NCBI GenBank assembly: GCA_964016885.1
Contig: OZ024740.1
Span: 73,470,001 to 73,534,000, forward strand
Length of the DNA: 64,000 bases
DNA from: Eledone cirrhosa
Lineage: Eukaryota
Direction of reading: 5' to 3'
This document shows, piece after piece, positions 51,261-64,000 of the stretch (the stretch's first letter is position 1; each line of letters starts with the position of its first letter). A program made the position numbers and the translations under genes. Under the pieces are notes generated by a model. It was given only the letters and a program-made list of their open reading frames with translations. It was not told the origin of the DNA and ran no database searches.

Positions 51261-52115
51261 CCAATCTTAAACCCTAGGAAGGCCCCTACCAACTCCACTA
51301 GAACCCCTAGAAGGAATAGACCTAGAAATATCACCTGGCTTAACCCCCCATTCTCATCTAATCTACCCACTAATATCCCTAAACGCTTCTTCTCTATCCT
51401 ATCTACCCCCCCCCCCAACCATAGATATTACAAACTCTTTAATAAAAATAACATTAAAATCTCATTTTCCACAACACGTAGCCTAGCTAGCCACATCGCA
51501 TTCAGTAACCATCATAAACTAAGACAGTATAACTCCCACATCGCGGTACCACCACCCCTATCAAATACACCACGCCACTACACCAATAATTACTCTAGTA
51601 GCACACCTACCCCATCTAATCCTTCTAGCACTGACCTACCGCTTAGGTTAAACTACCCTACTCTCACTAACCGCAGAAGCAACTGCAACTGCCGTTACCC
51701 TAATGCATGCCCATTAAATGGACACTGCCTGACACCCAACATAGTCTATAGGTGCACGGTTAAAACTGCTTCGAATACCAGCTCTTATATCGGGTCTACC
51801 TCTAACCCTTTTAAGGTACGCTATAACGCGCACTCTTTTTCCTTCCGAGACCCTAGCAACAGATGTTCGACATCGCTAGCTAGGCTCATTAAAAACCTTA
51901 AATTAAGCAACGTTCAACACTCACTAAAATGGGATATCGTGGCTAGGGCCCAACCGTTCAATGGACGAAGAAAATCTTGTGATCTCTGTATTACAGAAGC
52001 ATATTACATAACTCTATCACGACCTCTACCGATTAACGATAGAACGGAGGTAACTATTAGCTGTCAACATCGAAGGGCTAATTCCTTCGCTAATAGAATA
52101 TTTGACCCAACTTAG
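51261..52115 (+). mobile_element. Penelope-like element (Naiad-type), C-terminal part of the ORF: RT thumb/linker + GIY-YIG endonuclease
   Basis: Stop-free 284-codon frame with no ATG, absent from the ORF track. Reads RNITWLNPPFS, LFNKNNIKISFS, CNCRYPNACPLNGHCL (CxCx5C), IVYRC..SYIGST..FKVRYNAH, CDLCITE and CQH. Confidence 0.9.
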
Positions 52116-52493
52116 TCATCTACCCCCATTTTTACTTGTAGCTAATAAGTTAAATAGCTATGACTAACTTAGATAATTATAAGTTACCTCCCCTACATTG
52201 TCTCTCAATTAAAAAATTAAAAAATTAGCACTTAACTATAAACTACCCACAATTTCTAATCTCTCGAGGAGTTACTTCCCCTGAAACCACCCTCTAATTA
52301 GTAAGGTAAATATGTCCTTTGGCAGCCATCTTGTTACCCATAGGCAGATCTCACACAATGCAGCCTCGACAGATGAATACTGCTTGATTATGGCTGACAA
52401 CTGATGCAACCAAGACACCATAGTGAAAAACCAATATATGGAACATTATATTATGTAACATTCTCTCATTATTTTAATTTATATTCCTTTGAA

Positions 52494-52611
52494 GTTCCGA
52501 TGAGCCGCTCTGTTTTTTAAATGTTAATTATTTTCAACTGAACCAGATCAATTATGATATATAGTCATCTGATCCAGAAATATTATATGGAGTAGCGAAA
52601 CAATTGTAAAC
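52494..52611 (+). ncRNA. Hammerhead-like motif with variant CCGAUGA core and long stem II insert
   Basis: gtt-CCGATGA-gccgctc...gagtagc-GAAA-caattg-TA-aac; palindromic stem III. Confidence 0.6.
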
Positions 52612-52736
52612 GGACATTATTATTATTAATATTATTATTATTATTCTCTACATTCCTTACATCAAACTAAAATATGTTGACAATCTTTTAATAATGTCTT
52701 CCTTGTGAAATTTGTGGTCTTGTTTTGCTTAACTAA

Positions 52737-52805
<69 letters not shown>

Positions 52806-52861
52806 TTTAAAGAATGAACCTATCAGTATCAATAGTCAGGGAATAGTGAAAGTATTGTAAT

Positions 52862-53030
52862 AATTGTTTCTACATTTGGCACAAGGCCAGCAATTACCCA
52901 GTGCATTACTGGTACTTTATTTTATCGACCCCGTAAGGATGAAAGGCAAAGTCAACCTCGGCGGGATTTGAACTCATATCGTAAAGGGACGTAACTATGC
53001 TGGAAAGCATGGCGTCCGATCCTCTACGCA
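52862..53030 (-). mobile_element. tRNA-derived SINE
   Basis: Same tail, core and B-box region as the other copies. Confidence 0.85.
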
Positions 53031-53632
53031 ATGAATATTGTAATCCATCTGACATGTGTTAAAAGGACAGTTTTCGGTGATAATATATTTAGATAGAAGA
53101 GCCGTGGTCATGCGTCCTTCCTTGTCGTCATCTTGCTATATATAAAACAATTACTATAAAATAATCAAATGCGTCTCCATTTTCCTTCCGAAGGCTATAT
53201 TAAGAGCTGGGTGTTCTTCCGTTTGAAGTAGACGCAGTACCACCTAAAGTTTGGCATTTTCTGTATATAATTATAAGAGTCAACTCTGATGGCACACAAC
53301 TAGTTTGTATCTCGTTTGTTTTTGTTATTTTATCAAAGAAATTCTTTCGGTTTTGTCTCTATTAACCTAATATTCACGGCAACTTTTGTTACCACAAACC
53401 ATTGTTTTAAACTTACAAGCAAATTCTGACATTTTACGTACGAAAAATAAGAAATTGAGTGGTATGCTGGGTCTACTTAAAACGAAAGAAATCCTTAAAC
53501 TCAGATATCTAGATTCTTACATTTCTGATATAGTGCATTGAAAAAAAAAAATTATCTCTGCCATTAGAAGATAAAAACTCCCCCTAAAACTATTTAAAAT
53601 CTAAAAACAGCAAGCGAAGGAGAATTCTCTAA

Positions 53633-53820
53633 TAATTGTTTCTACTTTTGGCACAAGGCCAGCAATTACCCCAGTGCGTTACTGGTACATTATTTTATCG
53701 ACCCCGTAAGGATGAAAGGCAAAGTTAACCTCGGCGGGATTTGAACTCAGATCATAAAGGTCCGTAACTCCATGCTGCAAAGCATGGCGTCCGACTCTCT
53801 AATAATATCAGCTAATCCAA
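53633..53820 (-). mobile_element. tRNA-derived SINE
   Basis: Same tail, core and B box as the other copies. Confidence 0.85.
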
Positions 53821-54450
53821 ATTTGGGGGGAAATAAAAACAATGGACTTAAGAATGGATCTTGTTAGGTGAAGGTAGCTGATCTGTTTCGATCTTGTTGG
53901 CATGGTCTATTAAGCGGCCACCAAAAGCTTCACCTCCAAATGACACGACAGAGCTGTTTCTCTTTATCTCGTGTTGGCACCAGTGGTCTGGAGAGACTAG
54001 CAGACCTGAGGTTAAATGAAATAAGTTTTTCTCTAAGTCATTCCACTCTGGTTTCCCGGAAGATGAGGACATACCTCGAGTTGCTGAAGCAGTAGAGAGA
54101 TGTAGCTTTTAGCCAAACTCTCAAACCAACAACAATCACAACTACAAACTCTGCCACGCTTAAATCAATAACAAACACAAAACCAATTCATTCCATCGCT
54201 ACATCCACTCAACAACATCCACCTCGATATACAACTCATCCAACTTCTACATCTCATTTCCCTTCGTAAACCTTTTCCTCCGAATACGCAGCAAAACAAA
54301 TTCATTCATTCAACAGCGTATAAAAGTAGTAACAAATATTTTCATACACTATTACAACTTATTGCTACACAAATATTGCTAAACAACTCCACTATCGTTT
54401 TGAAGTCGCCATCTTACTTGCTCGGTGCTACATCTTACTTCAGCTATTCA

Positions 54451-57400
54451 TGGTACCCCCACGTGCGCATATAATTTTGAAAATACAGCTAATTTTTTCC
54501 TTTCAAATGTGTTGTCGTTGGCTGGTTCATGAAAGTTAAACCACGTGTGCGGCAGTTGGAAAAAATTTCGCTCAGCAGCTACTGTGTTCATCATGAGCAA
54601 TTCTTCGTTACCGACATATTCTGGTGATGCAAAGTTGTGGTTTGCACAACTGGACTCGTATTTTGCTGCCCACGGCGTTCAAGCGGCACAACAAAGATTA
54701 CACGTGCTCATAAGTGGAATTCCTGCATCGCTCGCAACCTCAGTGAAAGACATAATCAGAGATCCCCCACATGGCACATCTTACGAAACCCTAAAGGCAG
54801 AAGTGCTCAGACGGAACAGACGTTCGTCTGAGAGCAAATTTTGTTCCTTGTTGGAGGAGGAAAACCTGGGAGATAGAACCCCGTCTCAGTTTTTACGGCG
54901 TATCCGGGAACTGAGCGACTCAACAGCAGAGGACAACTCTTTCGTGAAACAATTATTCTTCTCCCGTTTGCCAACAAATGTGCAGACCATATTAGCAAAT
55001 ATATGGTCGACACCAGTTCTCTGGACCAAATTGGAATTTTCTCGTGTGTCTACTTCGGCAGATTCACTCATCGCTTCTTCTACTTTTAAAACACAGCCTG
55101 CTTCACCTCGTGAGGACTCTATCCTGAGGGCCATTGACGCGTTAACTCGTCAAGTAGCTAAACTGTGTCGGGAGCGAGCGCCATTCACAGAATCGGTCTC
55201 CTTCTCTTCATCGTCGCGCCAACCTCCCCGCCAACAACTCGTCTTTGTGTTGGTATCACGTGCGTTTTCGTGAAAAGGCGAAACATTGTATTCAGCCCTG
55301 CTCTTTCGAGACCTCGGAAAGCTAAAATTGGAGAGTCTGGGCACAGCAGACCTCTCCCTCATTAATTCTCCTTATCGTGCTTTCTTTATCAGAGACCGAG
55401 TTTCAAACAAATCATTTATGGTCGACACAGGATCTAGTTGCAGTATTTGGCCTCTTCGGTTCAGCTCATTTCCTTGTATGCAGTAAACCAGTCTCCTATA
55501 AAAACTTATGGACAAATATCTTTATCATTGGACCTAGCTTTGCGTCGAGATTTCAAATGGATTTTCGTCGTTGCGTACCTACCTCATCCTATTCTTGGTG
55601 CTGATTTTTTACACCACTATTCACTGTTGGTAGATGTCAGGAGACAGAAACTTGTGGATCGTACCACATCCTTATCTACGCCTGCTCGTAGGTCTACTGC
55701 TACTGTCATAAGTCCCGCGTGTTTTATAGCTGCCTCTGGAAACCAGTTTCATTCACTTCTTGCCTCGTTCCCCGAGTTAACTGACATTTCATTTAAACCG
55801 AATCAAGTAGACTTGACATTTTATTACAACTCGACTTGACATTTTATTACAACAACTGCTCCGCCTGTTTTCTCTCGTCCACCTAGGTTGACTCCGGACA
55901 GGCTAAAGAAAGCCAGGGATGAGTTCGAACACATGCTTCAGCTTGGTCTTATACGACTGTCAACCAGCCCATGGCCATCTCCGCTTCATTTGGCTCGTAA
56001 GGGTGAGGCGGATTTTAGACCTGTGGGAGATTATAGACGACTTAATGCTATCACTACACCTGATCGATATCCTTTACCAAATTTACAGGATTTTTCATCT
56101 GTTCTGCATGGATGCAAGATATTTTCTAAAATAGATCTGGTACGCTCTTACCATCAAATACCCATGCATCCAGAAGACATACCAAAAACAGCTGTGGTTC
56201 GTTTGAATTTCTGTCTATGCCTTTTGGTTTGTGGAATGCCTCTAGTACGTTCCAACGTTTTATCGATGAAGTCACGCGTGGATTGGATTTCGTGTTTACT
56301 TACGTAGATCATCTCCTGATAGCCAGTGATTCAACTGAGCACCATCATCATCTATCCCAGTTATTTCAACGTCTCCGATCGTACCAAGTTAGAATCAACC
56401 CAGCTAAATGCGTGTTTGGTACAGATTCACTGGAATTCCTTGGACATTTTATAGATTCAGAAGGCATTCGACCTTTGCCATCTAAGGTAGAAGTGGTTCA
56501 GCATATCGCACCACCAACATCCTTGAAACAATTACGTCATTTCTTGGGATTAATTAACTTTTATCGTCGTTTCATTCCTAACTGTGCGGACAAGTTGTTC
56601 CCCTTGACACAGTTTTTAAAGGCTGCAAAAAGGAAAGATGGTCCTATTTCACTTTCTGCCGATGCCTTGCAGTCTTTTGAATCCGTCAAGTCTGAGCTAG
56701 CTGAAGTTTCCTTCCTTGCCCGTCCTGTTGCAATCGCGAGACTTTCCTTATCTGTTGATGCATCCGATCATGCTGTTGGTGCAGTTTTGCAACATGCGAT
56801 CGATCACCAGGTTCAACCACTGGCGTTTTTCTCACGCCAACTAAAACCAGCAGAGCAACGTTACAGTACTTTTGACAGAGAGCTTCTAGCGATTTATCTT
56901 GCTGTGAGACATTTCCACCATCTTCTTGAAGGTTGGGAATTCACGGTATTCACAGACCATAAACCACTCACATTCGCTCTTCAAACCAAATCCGACAGGT
57001 ACTCTCCGAGAGCGTATAGGCATCTGGATCTCATCTCCCAGTATACCAGTGATATTCGTCATATAGCTGGAACTGCCAACATACCTGCGGACGCACTATC
57101 TCGATTTTTTGTGTGTTCTCTTGCGTCTCCTGCACATATCGATTTGGTTGCCATAGCAACTGACCAACCTATTTTGTATTCATTGGACATTTCTTCTACC
57201 CAACTTTCCTGCTGTAAGTTTGATTATTTACCTCTTCCATCTGCTGAAGGAAAAATTCTTTGCGATATTTCTACTGGATCACTCAGATCCCTTGTTCCGG
57301 ATTGTCATCAGCGTACCGTTTTTGATGCACTTCATTCCTTGTCGCATCCTGGCATAGCTGCCATGGTGAAGCTTATTACGGCTCGATTCTTCTGGCCTAA

Positions 57401-59090
57401 TATGCGTCGTTTAATCATCAGTTGGGCACGTTCTTGTTTGAAGTGTCAGCGCTCTAAGATTTATCGACATGTCCGCGCTCCTCTTGGGAAATTCAGCCCG
57501 CCAGACGCACGTTTCCGTCATATTCACATGGATATTGTTGGTCCGTGGCCCGTTAGTCGTGGGTGCACATATATATTGACTTGTATCGATCGTTTCTCTC
57601 GGTGGCCTGAAGCCATACCCCTAGTGGACATAACAGCAGAGTCCGTTGCCAGAGCTTTCATTTCCAATTGGATTGCTCGCTTTGGTGTTCCTACTAAAAT
57701 AACTACGGATCATGGACGCCAATTTGAAGCTTCCTTATTTCGTGAAATATCACGATTCTTGGGTGCTCATCACATTCACACGACCAGCTATCACCCAGCC
57801 TCCAATGGAATGGTCAAAAGGTTTCATAGACAGTTGAAAGTTGCACTTCGCACTACTCCTGATCCGCAACGTTGGACCGAATTTTTGCCAATCGTGCTTC
57901 TTGGTTGTCGTTCTGCCATTAAGACAGATTTAGGTTTTTCTTCTGCTGAACTTCTTTATGGTACCACATTGTCTCTTCCTGGACAAATGTTAGCACCAGT
58001 GGATTCATCACATCTTGACCCAGCATCATATGTCACCAGGATTCGTTCGTATTTCTCGGATCTTCCACCGATGAACCCTCGTGACCAGTCTATTTCTTCT
58101 TCTGTCCCATCGGACATCTCTACGTGGACACACATTTTCATACGGAATGATTCCGTCAAGGGACCTCTTACGTCACCCTGTAATGGACCTTTTCGTGTGC
58201 TTTCGCACACACCCAAACATTTCACAGTGGCTGTCAATTGTCTAAAAGAGACAATATCCATTGACAGAGCAAAGAAGGCTTTCTCTGAAAGTCTCATTAC
58301 ACTGGCTGACATACCTCGTACATACACTCCCAGACCAGTACCTTCACCGCAAACACCACATACCACACAACCTTATGTCACACGAGGTGGCAGGACGGTA
58401 AAATGGCCACGAAAACTTTCAAAAACAATATACATCTAATCCCTAGTGACATTAACAAAATTCTTTTTCAGTTTTCAGATAGAACTAGTGTCAGTAAGCC
58501 TGTACATTGGTGATGTATGAACTATTTGACTTTGAAAAACTTTTAAAAACTTTGATCTTACCATTGAGCATTAATTTTCTCTGCTCCCTTAACTTTGAAT
58601 TATCAGTTTGTTACATTCACATTTTTCTTTGTAAAATGCATTACTTGTTTGTGATCCTTTGCTATTTGCTTGCTCATGTTTTTTTAAATCATTAATTTTC
58701 TTGCACCTTTTGTTTACGGGTTCTCGCTACAATGACCTTCGTTTGATTATCCGACATCTCGTCTGAGAGGGGAGTCTTGTAGCGCTCTCTAGACAAGGAA
58801 AGTAGCTAGAGTTACTTCCCGTTGAAATTCTAGAACCTTCCTTTTAACTTCCGTTCAAGGGATTATAAAAGAGGAAACTGAAATCCATCTTCCTCTTTTT
58901 GGCGGCTTTTCTCAAACTGATCACATCGAGCGCAAGCATGCTAACCCTTTTCCCAACCACATCTCATGGTTCAGGATTATACCTCGTTATGCCACGAGGA
59001 TATTTGTTTACCACGTTTGTAACATGGACTACAATAAATGCAAGTTATGGTGATACTTGTCTTGAGAAACCTGTTACGCTTTCAGTCATT
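54451..59090 (+). mobile_element. Ty3/Gypsy LTR retrotransposon, CsRn1 clade, frameshifted; probable 3' LTR from 58778 (end approximate), 5' LTR not recognisable
   Basis: PBS-like TGGTACCCCCACGTG (54451); Gag LWFAQLDSYF with CWYHVRFREKAKHCIQPC CHCC knuckle (55248-55301); protease MVDTGS; RT (DYRRLN, YVDH); RNase H (VDASD, RELLA, TDHKPL); integrase (H-H-C-C, D..D, with K at the expected E); PPT GAGAGGGGAG then TGTAGCG. Confidence 0.92.
56217..58439 (+). pseudogene. Gypsy pol remnant (RT C-terminal part, RNase H, integrase)
   Basis: 740-aa ORF, but the catalytic YVDD reads YVDH, the integrase ERF reads KRF, and upstream pol is frameshifted. Confidence 0.88.
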
Positions 59091-59285
59091 ACTTCTTGTA
59101 GTGAGAGATAATTCTCACACGGCATGATATTGTATGAAAATTCTCCTATCTCATATTTCTATTAAATTTAGTAGTTGGGATCCGGTGGTATTTACTGGAG
59201 TAAGTAACCCTGGGACCAGCTCACTAAAAATATATTAGTCAATCACATTTCAACACAGCTGGATTTTCACATTTTATTTCATATT

Positions 59286-59328
59286 TTCACAAGACCTTTC
59301 ATGTCTTCTGCGACACTCTTCAGGTGAA
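59286..59328 (-). ncRNA. Minimal type I hammerhead ribozyme
   Basis: ttcac-CTGAAGA-gtgtc(gcagaa)gacat-GAAA-ggtc-TT-gtgaa; perfect 5-bp stem I, 5-bp stem II, minimal stem III. Confidence 0.8.
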
Positions 59329-59369
59329 TGTTGCCATTACCATGTTACCTAGCTGTATATTAATATATA

Positions 59370-60255
59370 CTGTATATGCCGGCGTACAAGTAGACACTTG
59401 GAGCCTAAAAAATCTCTCCAAAACCAGGGGTCAATTTGTCCGCCGAATATAAAATGTGAACCTTTACCACTGAGGGGTAAACAGTGAAACTGCCTTTCTA
59501 ACACTCATTGTACACCACTAATCATAACTCTAGCAACCCACCATAATTATTTCCTACTGAATCTCATATTTATTATGTCTATTTAACATAAATATTATAA
59601 TAAAATCAATGACTTGCCGTAGCTTATAGGGTTACCATAGGTTCATTAAGGTTAGGCTAGGCTGGTTTACTTAGTGAGTTAGAACTCGCGTTTTAAACGC
59701 ATGGGAATCAGTTAAAACAGAAACCGCCATCAAATCATTTAAGAAATGTGGGATCTCAAATTCAATGGATGGGATGAAAGATCACTTTCTGTGGCAGGAT
59801 GGTGATGATGATCCTACCGATGGTGATGGTGTTGCTGATGAATTTAACGAGGACATTGCAACTTCATCCAGTTTGGAAGATGATCCATATGATGATACAC
59901 TGACTGACGAAACATTAATGTTTATATCAGATGATGATAAGGAGTTTTTAGGTTTCTTTAAATTACGACCTATGAATTACTAATAAAACAGTTCAGTTAA
60001 ATCATATTGCTATCTTTAAAATAAATTTTACAAATTGTATTTTCTTCACACGTATTTTTATTTTACAACTATTTAGTGTTTATTTCCATGTTTTATATTT
60101 TGTGCAAATAAAGAATGGAAAGCGCATCTAGGGCTTTTTTTTTGGGGGGGGGGGGGGTCGTCAAATTCGGCAGATATAGGCCTAAACCTGAATTACACCT
60201 CAGAACTTTAGAGGTCGACCTATGCGCCGGATCGACTTTATGCCGGCATATACGG
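59370..60255 (+). mobile_element. pogo/Tc2-like DNA transposon deletion derivative
   Basis: TA-flanked TIRs CTGTATATGCCGGCGTACAAGTAGAC / ATCGACTTTATGCCGGCATATACGG. Interior encodes IKSFKKCGISNSMDGMKDHFLW..acidic..EFLGF, the pogo transposase C-terminus. Confidence 0.85.
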
Positions 60256-60589
60256 TAATGTATCCCGTAACGTAACGACCCAACAAGAAGATATCGATAA
60301 AATAAGTCTCAGATGAATAGGAGCCCTTCAAGACGGTATCCCAGGATGGCCGCAGTCTAACGACTGAAACCAGTAAACTGGTATATGGTAGTCTTGCATA
60401 TGTAACATGCTTAGATGTCCCCCTTGCTATATGAAGGTCAAATCTTGTAATGGTGTTTAAAATCTAGAGGGAATTTTAATCTTACAATTGCAACGATAAC
60501 CTCAGTTAATCAGTTTTTTAATTCACTATATTATAATATTTTTTGTGTGTTTCTTTTTTTTTTTTTCGAAGTGGGGATAGAAAAGAGTT

Positions 60590-61200
60590 TATTTATTTTA
60601 TAGTTTAATATAATTACAGACAATAAATTAATTCACAGTTGTATAAATAGCGTTGGAAATATTGATGGAAATATGAAAGAAAAAAAAAGAGAATAAAAAA
60701 GGATAAAAACGAAATCAAGCAACGAATATAGGGGGGGGGGGGTAAAGGAGGGCAGGTCTGACTGTATAAGGAAGTGGGAGAAAGAGCTACAAATGCCATA
60801 AATGAAAGGAAAAGGAGGGATTAGCAAGGACTAAGAGGCCGCGGAAGAAAGGGAGGAGTGATAGGCTCTATGCCTGGGGTGTGGCGATGTCTGCAATGGC
60901 ATTTCTGCAGATAATGGCCAGTGACACTCGCTGCAAAAGCCACCCCACCTCGCGGGGTTCCTTCCTCAGACGGGCTGCTGACGATCCGATTTTACGGAGG
61001 AGCTCGGCAGTATGAGGTACGAGGACGCCTGAAGTCTTTATGGCGACCGGTGCGAAGAGGAAGCGGTTGGACAAGCCACGGTATTTGCTTATTTTCCTGT
61101 GTGTATTGCGGGCCGCAGTACCGGGGTTTGTGACCGAAGCGACTAAGTTGGAGACGGAGAACGTGTCACAGCATGTAGAGTCCCAGATGAGTGATGGATA
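60590..61200 (-). mobile_element. CRE-clade non-LTR retrotransposon 3' fragment (RLE domain + 3' UTR)
   Basis: LIWDSTCCDTFSVSNL, KYRGLSNRFLFAPVAIKTSGVL and WLLQRVSLAIICRNA. Confidence 0.8.
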
Positions 61201-61430
61201 ATTCCGTCAATACATGAGAGTTCGTATATAGGTGTGTTTGAGGACTCTGTCCGCATGACCCTCTCAGGAATATATATATATATTCGAAATTATTTTAAAA
61301 AGTCAAGGATATGAAATTATTTGTTCTTTCATTTCTATGCATGTTTCAATATGGCTAAAATATCACATACACAAATATATATATATACACAATGTAAATG
61401 ACTATCAAAGAGTGTTTAAAACATTTAATC

Positions 61431-61475
61431 ACTTACGATCGTTTCATCCTAGTACAAGGCCGAAATCATCGGAGT
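61431..61475 (-). ncRNA. Hammerhead-like motif with variant CCGAUGA core
   Basis: act-CCGATGA-tttcggcct(tgtact)aggat-GAAA-cgatcg-TA-agt. Its 3' part recurs inverted at 63129-63182. Confidence 0.55.
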
Positions 61476-62359
61476 AGATAACAACGGTCAAACACAAATA
61501 TGATATCAAAACTTTCTCGCAAGAACATTAGGTGGTTACATAATATGGGAGGCTAGATAAGTATAAGTATCAACATTTATATATATAAGATAACAGAGGC
61601 AGAAGAAGCATATGAATAAGAGCATATAAATGTAATAAAAATTAGGAGCAGATAACGCATTCAAAATTAAAAATTAGAAAATAAAAAAACATGCTGTTAC
61701 AGAAAAGTTAAGTACAGTGAAAAATATATATCCTAAGTAGTTGACAATTTTAATAAAGTTAATAAGAGAAGGCATGTAATTCAAATATAAATTTTAAAAT
61801 ATAAATTTTAAAATACATCTCCAAAAAATATTTTTAATAATGCATTTAAAAACGTTCGACTACGTAATTCAATCATGATAATAATTATTATTCAAACCGT
61901 CCAAAGGAGTAAATGTTGTGTAAATAGAATCATTAAAGTAAAATCAAATATAGATTGAACACCATCCAAAAAGTACCACATAGTTGAATAGAGGAGACAG
62001 TCATATATCTTTAAACGTACAGAGCATCCTTTTAACATAGAATTTCAAAAAGATTGTCCTTTAAAAAACGGTTAAGAAAGGGGAGTAATTCATGTAAGAC
62101 ATTCAAGATGTTAAAGAGTTACTAAATGTTAAGGGGTGATTATAATAAATTGTAATCGCAATAGAAGGCATCAGAGAGGGGATGTGTGAAGTAGACACTA
62201 TAGAGTAGATAAACATATTATCAACTTTTAGGTTTGAAAGTTTGAAATAATTATTATACAATGATACTAATGTAACTGAAAAAATGTATAAATCTACATT
62301 GATATAAATTAGTTAATTAACTAATTTAATTAACTAATTAATTAATTAATTAATTAACT

Positions 62360-62787
62360 TATAACGGAATACTCCTATATTTTACCGGCGAAAATTCGAA
62401 ACCGAATCTGAGGTTTTTCGCCTCTGGGACCACCCATTATTGGAAGGTTTTCACCATTGTCCTGTCAAGACAACGATCATAAACGTACATACCACTTGAC
62501 CTTTGACCCCAGCTTCCTGGGAGACGATATCCACATGGCTGATCATAAATCAACCTCATATACACATCCTTCTAACTATAGCATTATTATAAACACAAGG
62601 ACTTTGGGAACCCGAAAGCAGTACACAGACCCGAAGCAGCAGTCATTGAGAAATAACGATGTAGGCATCAGTAGACCTTTTACCCTTTCTCTCTCCTGGC
62701 CTCACTGACTCTCATCTTCTCGGACACGACTACGGCCAGACAGCCAGACCAAAGCAAGCAGCAGTCCTTGAGACGAATAACGAATAC

Positions 62788-62857
<70 letters not shown>

Positions 62858-63090
62858 AGTAGGTTTGATTATACAGTTTATTTCTGTGTTTTATCTATTC
62901 TTGCGTCTTCCTGTTGAATCACTTATATTGTATCGTCGTATATATACATGCATGCACGCTAGCTCGAAGTAACCAGCCAGCAAATTAATGTAGGGATACA
63001 TTCTGTCACATATTGTTATTGTAAAATAAACATTGTCAACATCTCAATCATGGCATTATTCTTTTTATCAAACATCCATCAAAGAATAAC
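62360..63090 (+). mobile_element. Possible solo-LTR-like insert
   Basis: GC-richer block with TATAAA and AATAAA, ending ...AACA; no TSD or TG start confirmed. Confidence 0.25.
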
Positions 63091-63182
63091 ATTTATCCGC
63101 TACAAACTAATTTAATTTAAACTAATGTAAAACTATCGTAAGTGATTAAATGTTTTAAACACGCTTTGATTGTCATTTACAT

Positions 63183-63373
63183 CAGGCATGTCAAACTGAG
63201 GGTCCCCCGCATGGGTCACATATGTGTTGTCTGAGGACCACACACAACTAAGTGCGCATATAACAACAATTTTTTAAAATGTTATATTACGAAGATGAAA
63301 CTTGCTCGCGCAGTAAAAACCTTTGTGCGGACCGCAGGTGTATTTGAAAAGGGCCGCATGTTTGATATGCCTG
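63183..63373. mobile_element. hAT-family MITE with 8-bp TSD
   Basis: TIRs CAGGCATGTCAAAC / GTTTGATATGCCTG; TSD ATTTACAT on both sides. Confidence 0.9.
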
Positions 63374-63542
63374 ATTTACATTGTATTTCAGCTCTGTACT
63401 ATACTTGTTATTTTACATTGGGCTATTTTCATAATTGTAATTGGGTAATATTTATTATTACCCACATTATATATATATTTACATTTACAAATCTCAATTT
63501 AGGGGATATAAGTCAGACCAACTAAAATAATTTTGTCTAACT

Positions 63543-63861
63543 CAGGGGCGCGCAACAGGCGGCCCACGGGCCTCAATCCGGTCCGCCAGACCAGTCAGTG
63601 TGGTCCGCGATGACAGTTTTTAATTTTTACCTTGTAGGCTTATTTAGAAATTTTTTCGTAACCGTAATACAATTTTCTGTTAGTTGACCTATACTAAAGG
63701 GCTTCACTGATAGGGTTATGTGTGTTATAATTTCCCAGTTCCATGTTATGGAAAGACGTTGGGGTGAATCTTTGGAATAGTGCTTAATAAATATTAATGG
63801 CCCTAATAATTGTTCCAATGTTCAAAAGTGGCCCACCAATGGAATATGTTGCACACCCCTG
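63543..63861. mobile_element. hAT-family MITE with 8-bp TSD
   Basis: TIRs CAGGGGCGCGCAACA / TGTTGCACACCCCTG; TSD GTCTAACT on both sides. Confidence 0.9.
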
Positions 63862-64000
63862 GTCTAACTCATATAATCTTCTCCCTACCATGGTTTCTGG
63901 AACAAAGAAACAATACTGATTATTTATTGATCTGTCACCAGGGCAGATTTCTTTGGAATAAGAGGAGATATTAATCATAAAGTATACAGACCATTTTCCT

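Noticed and set aside
52116-52430. SECIS element after the Naiad GIY-YIG frame
   Set aside because: The ATGA-led hairpin near 52160-52190 lacks the 3' GA of the non-Watson-Crick quartet, and the frame has no in-frame TGA.

Overview
This is AT-rich, microsatellite-dense animal genomic DNA. The repeat families (tRNA-derived SINEs, RTE LINEs with (GAT)n tails) suggest an octopod cephalopod, which is inference only. One host gene is supported: a TBC1D13-like Rab-GAP on the minus strand. I assembled 11 coding exons by hand (46157 down to 4068; 976 nt, 325 codons + 1 nt; all GT-AG with consistent phases). Its C-terminal ~70 aa were not found and probably lie left of the window. The rest is mostly mobile DNA: RTE LINEs with a PHD finger inside the RT, CR1 fragments, three CRE-clade fragments, a CsRn1-clade Ty3/Gypsy element, a Naiad-type Penelope GIY-YIG fragment missed by the ORF track, four non-autonomous Helitrons, pogo/Tc2, mariner and hAT derivatives, about ten SINEs, minisatellites and a 200-N gap. 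The most striking unannotated signal is a set of about nine hammerhead-ribozyme (HHR) or HHR-like loci, several inside fold-back cassettes. Three are intact-looking, and three unrelated loci share a CCGAUGA core instead of CUGAUGA. Two of the near-perfect palindromes sandwich the 41-nt exon 3 of TBC1D13. All RNA structures were folded by eye and no database searches were run.
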